DNA of 64,000 nucleotides from Bispira polyomma (Eukaryota): NCBI GenBank assembly GCA_965649765.1, contig OZ287756.1, positions 41,788,001 to 41,852,000 of the forward strand, read 5' to 3'. Shown piece by piece: positions 25,260 to 39,100 of this stretch (position 1 is its first letter; each line of letters starts with the position of its first letter). The notes under the pieces were generated by a model. It saw only the letters and a program-made list of their open reading frames with translations, ran no database searches and was not told where the DNA came from. The position numbers and the translations under genes were made by a program.

Positions 25260-25514
25260 CTAAAAGTGAGATTTAATTACTGTTTCTATTCGTAAGATCA
25301 TTATTTTGTAACATTTAGGTTTTAAGACTTAACATTCTTACTTGTGGTCTGATTATTATTATTCTTTTACCATTTTGTGAAACAAGAAAACTATCTGAAG
25401 CTGTAAAGTGATGACAAATAACCCAGAGAACAAAGTATATATCAACTTTTTTCAACTTCCGCCATCTGTATCCGTCAAAAATCACTCGCCAGAGTGCGTA
25501 CGAATGACATAATG

Positions 25515-25842
25515 GTAATAATAATAAAATACCAGATTTATATAGTGCCCTATCCACTTATAGAAATGCTCTAAAGTGCTTATAATAATTATTTATTTGA
25601 CATAGGGCACTATGAACATCGCTGTTATCTAATTCCAATTGTCAACCAATTAGACAAAATCTGACACCCATTATCGGTCAGGTACCAATTTATACACCTG
25701 GGTTAAGAGGGACAACTTTGTGTAAAGCACTTTGTCCAAGGGTACAATCTCCAGGCCAAGCAGCAAGGATCAAACTGATGCTCTGATATCACTCAGATCC
25801 AAAGACACTATAACACTATAACCGCTAGGCCACAGGGACGAC
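25515..25842 (-). mobile_element. tRNA-derived SINE (CORE-like central domain) in intron 1 of the peptide gene
   Basis: Reverse complement gives CTGTGGCCTAGCGGTTA (A box), CCTTGGACAAAGTGCTTTAC...CCAGGTGTATAAATTGGTACC, and a (TTA)n tail. Related to 26980-27330. Confidence 0.8.
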
Positions 25843-25879
25843 ATAAATACATAGATGTAGGGAAATACCCTGAGAAACA

Positions 25880-26090
25880 CTGGGTGAATTACATAGTACT
25901 GAATTCAAATATGTAAATTACATAGTAGTCAAGGTGAATTCGTACATATAAATTACATAGAACTCGGGGTTAAATCATGTATGTAAATTTCATAGGACTC
26001 AGGGTTAAATCATACATGTAGATTACACAGAACCCAGGGTTAAATCATGTATGTAAATTACATTGAAATCAGATTTAAATCATACATACA
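25880..26090. repeat. Degenerate ~38-bp tandem repeat (GTAAATTACATAGAACTCGGGGTTAAATCATGTAT-like)
   Basis: About 5 imperfect units are visible. Confidence 0.75.
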
Positions 26091-26359
26091 TCACACTTGA
26101 ATTCACACACTTAAATTACTTAACAGTCTAGGAATATGTCACAACTACAGAAATTTAAATGAGAAAAAACAGAAAAAGAAATAACGCTGTATGTAATTAT
26201 TTTACAAACAAGTTCAACCAATAAATACATGTATAAATAAGACACCAATAGTTTATGATTCAATATGAAATTATTTACCCAAATAATAACATAAGTATAA
26301 AACACAGAGAAAATGTCCTTTTTATACTAAAACAATATAAAATAAAGACGACTTCATAC

Positions 26360-26435
26360 CTCCCAGTCCATGTGTGCTTGATACTAGGAATGACACCATC
26401 ATTGCCAACACGAAATATTTCATCAAAGTTTCCAT
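26360..26435 (-). CDS. Coding exon 1 (signal peptide) of the secreted Cys-rich peptide gene: METLMKYFVLAMMVSFLVSSTHGLG
   Basis: AAAATGG start context; K plus hydrophobic core plus T-H-G cleavage-like site; donor AG|GTATGA in phase 1. Confidence 0.85.
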
Positions 26436-26461
26436 TTTACACACAGGCTCGCAGATTGATA

Positions 26462-26494
26462 ATGACTGGTTTATTTTACAGAAGGGTTTTTATA
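26462..26494 (-). promoter_or_regulatory. TATA box and Inr-like site of the peptide gene
   Basis: TATAAAAA on the minus strand at ~26492-26485, about 25 nt upstream of CCAGTCA and about 50 nt upstream of the ATG. Confidence 0.6.
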
Positions 26495-26979
26495 CTTGTA
26501 TTTGTTCCAAGTCAATTAATTATAATTAGATATTAAATTTTAAAGATAGTCACACATGTCAATTATATTCCTTACATCTGTGCAGAAATCTTTTTAAAAT
26601 TATAATTACCCTTTCATACACATCAATTAATTATACTACTAAAGCAAAGACGGCATTTTGATTTGATCTTTTGAATGTATTCATTATTAACAGCTATTGG
26701 CAGTCAAAGTCCACAACCCATCCGTATTTCCTGTGTCGACACTAATGAGATCTAGCAAACAATAGCTTCCTTCTAGATAATTTAAATTTTGGAATTTCAG
26801 TCTACACCAACGGTCTAATTTATTGTGGTGTCTGAATGTATCCCATTCACCACCACTTTGAACTGGAGACAAAATACTGTTATTAATGGCATAATAATTT
26901 ATATTCACTAAATTTAAATTTATTGAACTCAATTCGTAACTAGTCACTATATGTGATCATGTCTGATAGATGTTTCTAT

Positions 26980-27330
26980 CTCTGTGGCCTAAAAGCTAGT
27001 GTGTCGGACTTTGAATCTCAAGGTATCTTAAGAGCCAGGGTTCAATCCTTGACTGCGGCTTGGGGATTGTACCCTTGAATAAGGTGCTTTAAACAAAGTT
27101 GTCCCTCTCTATCCAGGTGTATAAATGGGTACCTGGCTGCTAATGGTTGTTAGTCTTTGTGCGCCATATGTGGCAGGACAGCTAGTATGCTTCCTGAGGG
27201 AGCTGAGACTAAACAATTGGTTGACAAGTGAAAGAACCCAGGCTGGGGGTGTAAACTGTAAAGTCGGATGAGACCTCAATAGATGTGATATCTGACTATA
27301 AACCAGGTATTTACATTTATTTATATTTAC
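26980..27330 (+). mobile_element. tRNA-derived SINE (CORE-like central domain)
   Basis: A box TGTGGCCTAAAAG, B box GGTTCAATCC, CCAGGTGTATAAATGGGTACC block, and a (TATTTA)-like tail. Confidence 0.82.
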
Positions 27331-27714
27331 TTTGCCTAGTTATTTGAAAATTTGAATACAATTTAAATTGACCCTCAACTTTTATTAAAAGAGCACACAT
27401 TTTATATGAAACGTCATTTAGCAACTTTTAGGGACTCTAAAAGATCACTATAGTTCATGTGCTGGATAAGTATATATCAAACCACAGAGTGAGGAGACTT
27501 TCGAATGTAAGTAGGGTCAGTATTGAAAATGATCTCTCTCTTCTCTCCTGTCCACAATAGTATCCCAATTAGTATTCTGGCCAATATATCAGCATGATTG
27601 TTGGTCAGCTCTTCTCTGTAAGCATGTTATGACTTCAACTTTATGATGCATCAAAAGGGAGATTATAGTATTATTATACATACCAGATATACATCTTACC
27701 TTCTAAACTAGATT

Positions 27715-27942
27715 ATCAAGTCCAAGGTCACAGGGGTAAGGTCAAAGGTAAAACCGAGGTCAGACGTGACGTTCCACAACTTGACCCACTAACGAACATC
27801 CCAACCAAGTTTGAACTTCTTCCACCATACGAGATCTGGCCCAGACAAGGTTAGCAGATGCAGTCTGCCCGACCGCCCGTTCCACCTGCCCAGCCAGACA
27901 ACAAGGGTAAAAACAATACCCAGGTAAAAAAAGGGTAAAAAG
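27715..27942. repeat. Interspersed repeat fragment with AAGGTCA motifs and (GCCC)-rich microsatellite, of the type common in molluscs
   Basis: AAGGTCA...GGTCAAAGG, ACCAAGTTTGAA, CCCGACCGCCCG and an end GGGTAAAAA. The family assignment is from memory only. Confidence 0.5.
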
Positions 27943-28846
27943 GATATTCATGCAGACAAATACGTACATGATTCAACAAAAAGATCACAAAACTTATTTT
28001 TATCCAAATTAAGGATAGGTATACTACCTATTTATATAAAAGCTGGCTATTATTTTAGAAAAGTCTGATGAAAAGTTTGCCTACTTTATTTAGATAAGGA
28101 AAATGAGGAAGAATATCGCTTTTTATATTGTACAACTCATCACAAACAAAGACAATAATTTATGAAGAGATTTGGTAATAGATTAAGAATTTCACTACAT
28201 GGCACTACATTATGTACAACTCATTACAAAGAAAGACAATAATTTATGAAGAGATTTGGTAATAGCATAAGAATTTCTATGTCTTTATTTCATGATAAAA
28301 TGTTTATCATATTCATGACTCCTGTATCTTGCAAGATATGTAAAAAATTATTGGAATAAAAGGAATAAGATAACTGAATGAAATAAACTATTATAAGATA
28401 AAAAATAATAATAATATGACTAGTTAGTTTTTATTGTTATCAATTACTTATGTTGACAAATTGTTATTTTTACCAAGTATTTTATTCTTATTAATAGTTA
28501 ATCAGTTTTGCTGTTATTGTTAGTTAGTTAGTGTCTTGGCAAATATTAATTTTTAATTTTTTTAATGTGACATATAAGTCCATATAGCTGTTTATTTTGG
28601 TATTATATTATAACTTGTATTTCTAGGTATTTATGTACAAATACATGTCACTATAATAAACCACTAAAGAAATAAAATAGTAGTTAGTTACTTTGTTATT
28701 ATTATTATTATTGTATGTACATATTACATGTACTTTGTTATTATTAGTAATTAATGAGTTATTATTGATAGTTAGTCACTTGGTTATTATTGCTAGTTAG
28801 TCATTTGGTTATTATCACAACACAGTTAATTTTTTTCTATTTCTAG

Positions 28847-28946
28847 GACCAGTGGCGGATTCGACCAGCGTTGTGAACCACAGTCAGAGTTCCAGCAAAC
28901 CTATCACAGGTGCAACTCAAAATGTTCAGGTGGTGAAAGTATTTAG
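28847..28946 (+). pseudogene. Paralogous exon of the Cys-rich peptide family, probably frameshifted
   Basis: Acceptor TTTTTCTATTTCTAG. The phase-1 frame starts PVAD (cf. PVTD). The shifted frame reads FDQRCEPQSEFQQTYHRCNSKCS and aligns without gaps to CNQCCKPQLSFKVKYNQCISVCM. Confidence 0.7.
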
Positions 28947-31900
28947 TATTCAATCATTGTTGTTGGATCAAATACAGTAGTTTTTATCAAACTCTTTTGT
29001 TCATCAATGTAGTGAAATTAGACTTTTTGCTACATCCCCACCCCCTAGAAAGACATTAATGGAAAAGGCGCAATGGGCTTTAAAAATTCTTTCTAATCTA
29101 CTTTTCTTTTGGTTATATATTTTATGCATATTACTGTAGATATTAATTGTTTTTAAAGTTACTTAACTTACAGGGTAGGGATTCCTTGACATTTTTATGA
29201 CGGACTTACAAAAAGGGAAACCACGGCTACCATAAGCAAAACGTAAATTTAGTCTGACATAACTTGGCCAACAGTATTGTACCAATGATTGTGATTTAGT
29301 TTTTTTATATTAATTAAAATGTACCATGCTGGCTTAAAGTAACAGAAAATAGGCTACTTTATAATATATATTGAATAATGGGATGTCTTTTTTTGTAGAT
29401 TTTATCTCAATATATGCCGATTTTGATTTCGCCAAATTGGACAGAATATTCGATTTTGGTGCAGGGCCACCATGCACTCTAAGGTGAAACATACATAAGC
29501 ATTATGCTCCAACCTGCCATTAGCTCATTATAATTAAAGAAGTGAATTGTGATCATGTAGGTAGTTCTTTACATAATATATATACCTATACATATGCATT
29601 TATGCAGTAATGATTAACAACCAAGGTAGGCCCCTCTGCCGACTAGCTCAAGTGTGACCATAACTTACTATTTCGAATAGTACAGCACCTTAACTTGTTA
29701 CAATAACTGGTCATGGCAGGGGCAATGGTTTACCTTAATACATTAAACTAGGAATGTGAGGCCTACGCAAAGACAAACTTAGACTTGACCTGTGCCTTGA
29801 TCTTGACACTGATGCTAACTCTGGTCACATGTCCCCCATGCAACCCCGTCCACACAACATTGACAGAGCCAAACACTGACTTTGAATTAGCCTCCTTTTT
29901 TCTATCTGCCTTCTGTTTGGCTTATTGTATGTATAATAATACTACAATTATAATTATTATGCAACATACTTTAATGTTAAAAGGTACAAAATGAAATGGC
30001 CCAAATATATTATGTATTTCAATCATATGGTGTTCGCCACTATTACTAAGGATCCTACACATACATTGGCCTTTTTGTAAATAAATATTGACCTAAATCA
30101 GCTTTTAGCTATTCAACCCTAGCCTTGTTGGACAAAAATATGTCCTAGTGAATTACAGTATTTGTGTGTCACTATTGGTATCATTATAGAAGAGAGTCTA
30201 CATGGGCTTCCTGGTAGCAGCAGAACTCTTGTATACTAGTGTTGGGTAGTTATTGGGTAAAGAGGTCACTTACTGTATGTGTGTAATATAGACCTTTCCA
30301 AAAAATGTTGTCCTTTAATTAACTATTTAGCTAGTATATGACCCTGCATAACATGGGGCTGAACAACTCTTGGGATGGGGTGATCTTGGGATGTTCTATA
30401 AGATGTACATGTACATGTGTTAGAATAACCATTTATTTTATACTGGGCATTTGGGGGCCAGACAGTGAGTATATAGATAAACACCAAGTTGCACTGCATT
30501 ATGTAAATGGTGTACAAGGGCTTTTAAGCCAGAGAACCCATTAGACTAACATAATTCTCTCTTATTATTACACAACCTTAACTATTTAGGTATCCTCTTC
30601 TTTCTTCTGTCACTTCTATTGTAGTAGCCAATTAAGGGGCCTCCCTCTTATACCTTTCTGCACTCCCTGCTGAATTCCACCACATTAAATGTAAGTCATT
30701 TAGTGGTCAACATTAAGAAAATTTTAAATATTTGAAAATAATTACAAGTATTCATAGTGGTTTTATTGCAACAGATTTTGAATTGGACGTTACAAGAATT
30801 GGAAGAACAACTAAAACACCCCTGAGCGTGCCAACCAAAGGGAAGAAGCATGCTTCTACTAGAAAACAAACTAAAAAAAAGGCACTTCTACTAGTGTCTC
30901 GGACCCCCTATCCGTAAACCTGCAAGGTCTTTTGCAGATTCAGCAGTTGCACAACTGGATCCGATAGCCTCCAACCAGGCTGGTTTCAATGACATTATGG
31001 CTATGTTACAGACGCTGGAAATGGCCAACTCCCAGATTAACAAGCATCTGGACAGGGTAGAGTCGCGGGGTTGTTATAGTTTCACCCCTCTCAGATCTCC
31101 ATTGGCATCCAGGAATGGAACTATCTTAAACCAGACAGATGAGCAAGTTTTCTCTGCCGGCACCCACCAGAGATCACGTTCGTGCCCCCATGTATCCACA
31201 CAGGGCGCACCATATACCAAGAGTTACACATCACAACTATCAGAGGGATGGGATTATTCCTAAAGTGGACATCCTAAGGTCTCTCCCAGAAGTGACGTCA
31301 ACCACCCTCTTGACAGGTATGACACCCAACTACAGACTGAACTTAGACAAGGTAAGCCAAAAGTCGAGATGGTACAACACCACTGATATGCGGATCCCCA
31401 ACTTAGATGGCCAAACGAGGGCTGTGGTGGGGTAGCAGGTAAGAAAAGGCCTTCATTTGACGACCTGACATTGCTCCAATGGGCAGCGTGTCAACTTTTT
31501 AATGTGTCCTAAGTTCAGAATCAAACCCTTTTAAGGCAAATGCTTGACCAAGTCATTAACTCGGTCAAGGACGCTTTAGCTCTCCAATAGCCAGCAGTTA
31601 GGGCTGCATGGGCGGCTAATATGCAGAAGGTGGAGAAGGGGCGACTTCACTGGAGGGGGGCCACTCAATGGGTTCTAACCCAGATGAGCGTCTCGAAACT
31701 TACAGTCCTCAACAGCCAGCATACTCACTCAGGTACAGCTACACAGAAAGGCAATTTAGTATGCAAGTATTATAACATCGGCAAATGCCACCAAGAAGGA
31801 GATCACAGGCAATACCGACATATTTGCTCTCATTGCCACAGAGTACTTTACACAGATGTTTCCCATACAAAGTGCTACAAAGTGCGACAAGAGAAACACA

Positions 31901-31964
31901 CCCAAATGTAACCAGACCCAAGTAAATAAAAGTTAATAAAAGCTGTCAAAAAATAACAGAACGA

Positions 31965-34900
31965 ACAATTTCAGTTATACAATGGCTAAAAGACAATTAG
32001 AAACGTATAACTTTTTCCAAGAAACCCACTCCAGTAAAGAAAAAGAAGTTAACTGGAAAAAGAATTATAACGTATGGTTTAACCATTGCACCAGTAATGC
32101 TAGAGGTGTATGTACCCTGATCCCTAACAACTACAATGCTAAAGTTATTGACCAAATTACTGACGACAGTGGCAGATTTTTATTACTTCATGTATCAATT
32201 AATGACACTGAGATAGTACTTGTTAATTTTTTGGCCCCAACAAAAACAATTTACAAGAACAGAAACAATTCTTAACCTTATAAGAAATAACTTACTGCAG
32301 TATATGGGTAAAAAGATAATTTTAGGAGGAGACTTTAATACCTACATGGATCCAAAAATAGATAAAAAGGGTGGTGCTCTTGAAACAACCTCAGAATATT
32401 CTGATCTGTTGAACAATATCTTGAATGAGTTTAACCTATGCAACATATACCATGCACAACATCCTGATACTTACAGGTATACTTGGCGAAATAAAGACAA
32501 AGGCGGCTGGGTTCATTCACGTTTGGACATGTTTTTCATATCACAGGAATTTCAATTTCAAAACATGAAATCTTTTATATATCCAAGCATAAAATCTGAT
32601 CACAGTCTGATACACGTAAATTTTAGTGAATCCTCAGATTGTGTCAGAGGTAGAGGTTTTTATAAATTTAATGTCAGTCTATTACTAGACAGAATGTACA
32701 TTGAGAGAATTAATGCTGAACTGAAAGAGCTTACTGACAAAGATGTTACATTTACTAATAAAGGGTTATTCTGGGATTATGTTAAATGTAGAATATGTGG
32801 TGTCACAATATCTTATTCTTCTTTTAAGGCAAAAGAGAAAAGAAAAACTGAAAATATTATATTGAATAAACTACATAATATAGAGACTAAATTATGTGAG
32901 AGCCCTTCACCGGATTTACTAGATCTTTAATTTGAAATAAAATCATCATTGAATGATATCTATGAGGTACGATCTAAAGGTCTCATTGCAAGGTCCAGAG
33001 TATTTCTTAAACCGTGAAAACAAAATTATAACTCTAAATGTATCAAATGTTTAAACATGAGAAACAGGCTAATCACTGATGAAAAAAAGATTCTGGAGGA
33101 GGAAAATTTTTTTTATACTGCTCTCTTATTCAAAGATTCCACAATTCTCGGATCAAATATTTTGTGATAAAGATTTAACAATAGAAGAGTGTGGTGAAGC
33201 ACTGCAAAATTTGTCCAACAATGAATCCTCTGGCTGTGATGGTCTTCCCATAGAGTTTTACAAATTTTTTTGGAGTAAAATAAAAATAAATTATCTTTAA
33301 CAGCTTTAAATGGTCATTGGAAAACAATCAGTTATTGATTGATCAAAAAATAGGCGTCATTAACCTTGTACCAAAGAAAGATCAAGAGCAATGTGATCTG
33401 AAAAACTGGAGACCTATTAGTGTACTAAACACAGATTATGAGATCTTGACCAAAATTTATGCTTCACGTTTACAAAAGATTTTGCCCAAACTTATTAGTT
33501 TTGACCAGGTCGGCTATAAAAAGGGGATTTTCATTGGTAAAAATATACGTACTATAAGCGACTTAATTGATTACTGTAATACTTTTGATCTCTCTGGGCT
33601 GCTAGTCCTGGTAGACTTTGAAAAAGCATTTGACTCGATTAGTTGATCGTTTTCTTTAAACTGTCTTAAGAGCTTCAATTTCGGCAATAAATTTATATCT
33701 CTAGTAAAAACCATATACACAGATATAGAAAGTTGCATAACAAACAACGGTAAAGCCTTATCATTTTTCAAAATTTATCGTGAGATAAGGGAAGGTTGTT
33801 GCCTAAGCGCATTACTATTTCTTATTGTTGTCAAAATATTAGCAATCAATTTGAGAACCAATAATAATATACATGGTATAAGAGTTGACAAAATAGAGTA
33901 TAAAATAAACCAACTAGCCGATAATATGACTCTCTTTCTTCAAAACCAAGAATCCCTACATCTTGTATTTCACAAATTATAATTTTTGGTTATTGTTTAG
34001 GCCTAAAACTCATTAAAACTATAACTGAAATCATCTCTATCGGTGGAAAAACAGTAGATGACAAGACTTTAAGAAAAAAACTGAGGGCCAGTCCTTCCAA
34101 AACCTTAGGAGTTTGGATTTCTTCTAATAAGACTGAGATGTATAAACTAAACTTAAAACCTAAACTTAGAAGTGTCCAGAACATTATAAACATCTGGTCA
34201 GCCCAGTCTCTAAGTTTAAAAGGTAAAGTTTCAATAATTAAAAGTCTTATTTTAAGTCAGATTATTATTATCTGTAGTATGGTATATGTACCACAATCGT
34301 TTAATAAAGAAATAAACAAATTGCTTTTTACTTTCCTCCGGGGACAGATAGTAGACCAAAGGTAAAAATTAAAAGTGTTGTAAATGATACACAATACGGG
34401 GGTCTAAAAATAACCAGTTTTAACAACACAATAACTGCAATAAAGACTGTTTGGATCAAACGTCTCCTTGATACTACAAATAAAAATGGTTTAAATAAAT
34501 GGCGATATCTTACTTTGAAGATGTTTGGTGTAAAAAGTCCTGGTATATTTGTCCATAAAGTAGATTTTTAAAATTCCTTACAGTTTCTGTCCTTAAATGA
34601 TTTCTATAAACTAGTTGCCCTTTGTTGGTACCAGTTCTATTCTGTAAAACTCCAAACCTATTCAGAAATTTTACAAGAAAAGCTACAATACAATGCATTA
34701 TGTTGCAACGCCATGGAATTACGAATATCAGTGACTTGGTGGAAAATAGTGACATTATTCCAAGGAAAGAAGTAGTTCAAAAATTCAGTTGCCAGGTACC
34801 CACTTTACTTTACAACTCCTTAATAAGTGCAATTCCAAAAGAATGAAAGAACATCATAAAGAGAAATATCAAACCTCAAAAACTTACCCTCTATGATGTC

Positions 34901-35622
34901 CCACACATACGCAAGAACAAAATAAACTTAAAAAATAATATATGAACATTTAACTTACTCCGATAGTTATCCACCTGCAGTTAACAAATGGGTCGAATAC
35001 TATCATTTCCTAGAGTCCCTAGATTGGTCAAGTATATTTATTTACCTAAAATTATTTGTCAGGAACCATGCAATTATAATCTTTACCTGTGGAAAATAAG
35101 TGGATCTCAGTATTCCGAAGAGTGCCTAGCTATTGACACAATTGAGCACTTATGTTATTAATGTAATTGAGTAACTCCTCTTTGGTTGATAGTGAAGGAA
35201 TTGATATTCGAGGCATTTGAAGTAAAGCTAGACTAAATTGTATTAGAAGTTCTGTTAGGTATACCTTGTTCTAAAGAAACAGTAATGAGTGTAATCAACT
35301 TTGTCATCCTATATGCCAAATGGTACATATACATTCATATAACACACAATATAAAGGTCTCTCGCTCTCATTTCTGTAATTTTTGAAAAAAAAAATCAAT
35401 GACGAAATTTTAAGAATAAAACTCGCTGAACATAATAAAACAACTATTATTAAAACCTGGAACAGAATATATTTTTTTTGTTAGACAGAATTTAATGAAA
35501 TATATTTGTGTATGTAATTCCTTATGTAATGTATGTTTTTGATTAGTAATTTATGTCACTTTATTCATTGTGTACTGTAATTGAAATACTATGAAAACAA
35601 TAAAATGTTAAAAACAAAAAAA
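31965..35622 (+). mobile_element. L1/Tx1-clade LINE, 5'-truncated ORF2, decayed
   Basis: QETH, GGDFN, SRLDMF, SDHS, NWRPISVLN and DFEKAFDS motifs; AATAAA and A-rich tail at 35598-35622. Confidence 0.92.
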
Positions 35623-36114
35623 ATTGTAAAGTGTGGGTGTATTAGTAGTTCTATGAATGATAGTTTGTGTATTTGTAGTAGTTCAGTTTTCAACCAGCAG
35701 AGAATTATTATATCTGCAAAAGAAGGAGGAGGACTGAGAAAAAAACATCTCTCACATTTTTTTCATTATTTAACGATGTAAATGGAATGAAGCTCTGAGA
35801 AAAACTGGATAAAATTATGTGACAATTGTATGTGTTACCATAGAGGTACTTTTTATATTCATATGAATAAAGTAAATATACTTTAATACTTCATATGGTT
35901 GATAATAGAGGATTTGTTTACAGATGCCACAACATACACATAGGCAATGCTGTGATAGGCATTAAGTTTGCTGTCTCACACTTAATGAGAATCATTTTTT
36001 AAGTAGTCTACTAAAAATGCCTAGAATTCACCTGATGGGCCTTGTCCACAAAATGTCAAGAGTTGTGAAGTTTTTTATAGATATGCTGAACTAGATCTAT
36101 GCTCTAGCTGTGAA

Positions 36115-36116
<2 letters not shown>

Positions 36117-36157
<41 letters not shown>

Positions 36158-39100
36158 TATTTGTACTGAAAGTACATTTTTTATAATATACAAACATGAT
36201 AGGAACAAACAATACAGAAAAAACAACACATAATATGTACATAATAAAGAATATTACATGTTCTATTATACTGTACATACGTATTTTAATATCTCATTTA
36301 TTTCCTGATGGGTTAAAAAAGTATTTCCATCCTCCCTCAGACTTAATAGGTCCTGCATAATATTTATATGAACAACATCATCAACACTAAGCTTTTCATT
36401 TTCACAACATAGGTTTTCATTATAATTAGAATAATCACTTTGCATGCCATACTTGTGTTTAATAAATACATAACTTTGCAAACATTAGAACAACTACCAC
36501 TTTTTGCTAAATTAGAACATAAATTAATCAAACTATTCTCACTACACATTGCATCACTGAAAAATTTAACAAACCTTTTATGTAACTGCATTTCTTCAGT
36601 TCTGTCATTTAAAATATAAGGTAAAAACCTACAGTGTGTGTTATAGGGTAAATTTAATAACCTTCTTATACATTTACGCCATGTTACATAAAATCTGCTT
36701 ACATTATTACCAGAGAAGTCCCACAAACAACAGCCATACAATGGCATACAGTATGCTTTTAACAATTTGTATTTTATCTCAGTATTTGACATGTGAAAAT
36801 AAGACATTATTATATTTACATTTGCTACAAATTCATTTATATTTTTCTGTATTATTCCCAATAAGATTTCCCAGATAGCTTGCATTTTGTCTCACATTAT
36901 ATTTTATGAGTGTTAAACATTACATATTCATTGTTGTTATTATTTCTTGAAGAACCAAATCTCACAAGCTTAGTTTTGCTAGCGTTGAACTTTGCATGCT
37001 AATCCTTACCAAAAGCATGTACAATTTGTAACAGTAACTTAGTTGATGTTAAGATTAGAGCTAAAATTATCACATCATCTGCATATGCCAATGCTCCAAA
37101 GAATGTATTGCCTATCCAACAGCCATAACCTGACCATATTAACATTTGAAGGAGCTCATCAAAGTAAACTGTAAATAATATAGGTGACCACAGCCATCCT
37201 TGTTTCACACCATTTTTAACACCGAATTCAGATGAATACCAGTTTTCCCACTTGACTCGTAAGTTTTGTTGAGTGTATAACATAATTAAAAATCTAGCTG
37301 TCACAGGACATACCCCTCTCTTAATGAGGACATTAAAAAGTTAAACATATTGTACACAATCGAATGCTTGTGTTGCATCAAGTAGAAGGCAATATACAAT
37401 ACTATTATTGTAACCATAATACTGCACAATTTCTTTCAGAACAAAAGTACACTTAACTGTAGAATGTTTACTTTTAAAACCAAATTGCAAATCACATGTG
37501 TTTAGAACATTACTGTTATGAGAAAGTATTACATTATCAAACAGTTTACCCAATATACTACTCAAGGTTATCGCTCTAAAGTTGTTAAATTCATTACAAG
37601 ATTTACGTTTGTTTCTTATTATTGGAGTTATAGTACCAAGGGTCATATCACCTAGTATACCTCCATGACGTAACATACATGAGAACAATATTGAAATATA
37701 TAAAAATGACAAGTGGGGAGCATTTATTATGTTACAAGAAAATGCCTTATGTATCCCATCACCTTTGTTATTCTTCAATTTAGCAACACTATCAATTACA
37801 TCATTTACAGTAATTAAATGCTTATTATAACACTTGCCTTCAATACAATTCCTAACAATTTTATTATCAATACTGTTACATAATGTTTTCATCTCTTCAT
37901 CATTACAAGGTACAGAAGTATATAAGGTCTTATATTTATCTCCAAATAAATCACAAATATTCTGTGTTGCAGTTACATTATCAACATTCAGAATATTATT
38001 ACTTAATTTTTTTTTCACTTTAGTCCAGAATTTTCTGGAGTTGTTACACGATATTGCATCAGACATTGCCTCTGTACATATACCTTTCTGATTGTTCTTA
38101 GCAAACCGAATAGAATAATGATATTGAGCTTGTGTCCTCCATCTTATGTCAGCAATGATACCATTATGTGGAGAACCATTACTTCTCCACATATTATGCA
38201 AGAAGATGGCTGATTGCTTTTTTGAACATACAAATTCATTCCAACCAGGAATATTACCTTTCTTATTAACTGTATTGGTTGTAGGAATACATATATTAGC
38301 AGCATCTACATGAGCATTTATAATGGCTTCATAAAAATTATTTATATGCTCTTTATGTATATCACAGAAGTAGTCATTACATTTCAATGCATCCCATGGG
38401 ATATTAATTTTACTTAAAGTAAGATCAATCAAAGACTGATAACTAGTAATGTCAACATCAGTGGCCTTTTCCCAAGAAATGGATTTATTGTTCGCATTTA
38501 CATTTACAGTTGTATATTTCACTTTAGTTCACATTACACTTAAACATACCACAGAGTGATCAGACAAATTGTCACCGTCATGAAGAACATCATATGTCAT
38601 AATGTCATCATACAATTTACGAGAAACAAAAAAGTGATCAATTATTGACACACCCTCATTACTTGTGCTCTTATAAGTGAAATCTATTTTGCTTAAGCTG
38701 CATTTAATGCAACATTCTAAAGATTCATTGGACACAAATTCTCTAATAACTTTTGTAGCTCTATGGTTCGATTTGTTTAGATCAGCATTAAAATCACCAC
38801 CTAGGATAATATAATTTACTGATGCAGTTTTGCAAATAGAGGACACCATTCATAATATATTAACTTCTTCAACATAACTGTCCATATTGGAGTTACATGG
38901 AATGTACACATTAATTAAAAGTATAGCAGTGTTTTTGAAAATAGCTTTTACAGCACAGATACGAGAAGAGTTGACATAAACTTGCAGGGGGACCGCAGTG
39001 GCCTAGTGGTTAGCAAGCATTGTGCTTCACTGGTCTCTCACCTCTGGGCAGCGAGAGTTCGAATTCCGTCGATGCCTATGTGGGAAAGGTGGTAGTTCCT

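Noticed and set aside
28242-28360. Candidate exon 1 for the plus-strand paralog (MKRFGNSIRISMSLFHDKMFIIFMTPVSCK)
   Set aside because: Poor signal peptide, weak donor, and it overlaps a local ~85-bp tandem duplication.
29785-29994. ORF with a hydrophobic, signal-like start (LTCALILTLMLTLVTCPPC)
   Set aside because: It starts with TTG, derives from TTGACC/TTGATC-type repeats, and has no splice support.
38990-39070. tRNA gene
   Set aside because: A and B boxes are present, but I could not build a full cloverleaf. A tail and TSD follow, so it is a SINE head. The same applies to the head at 26980-27060.
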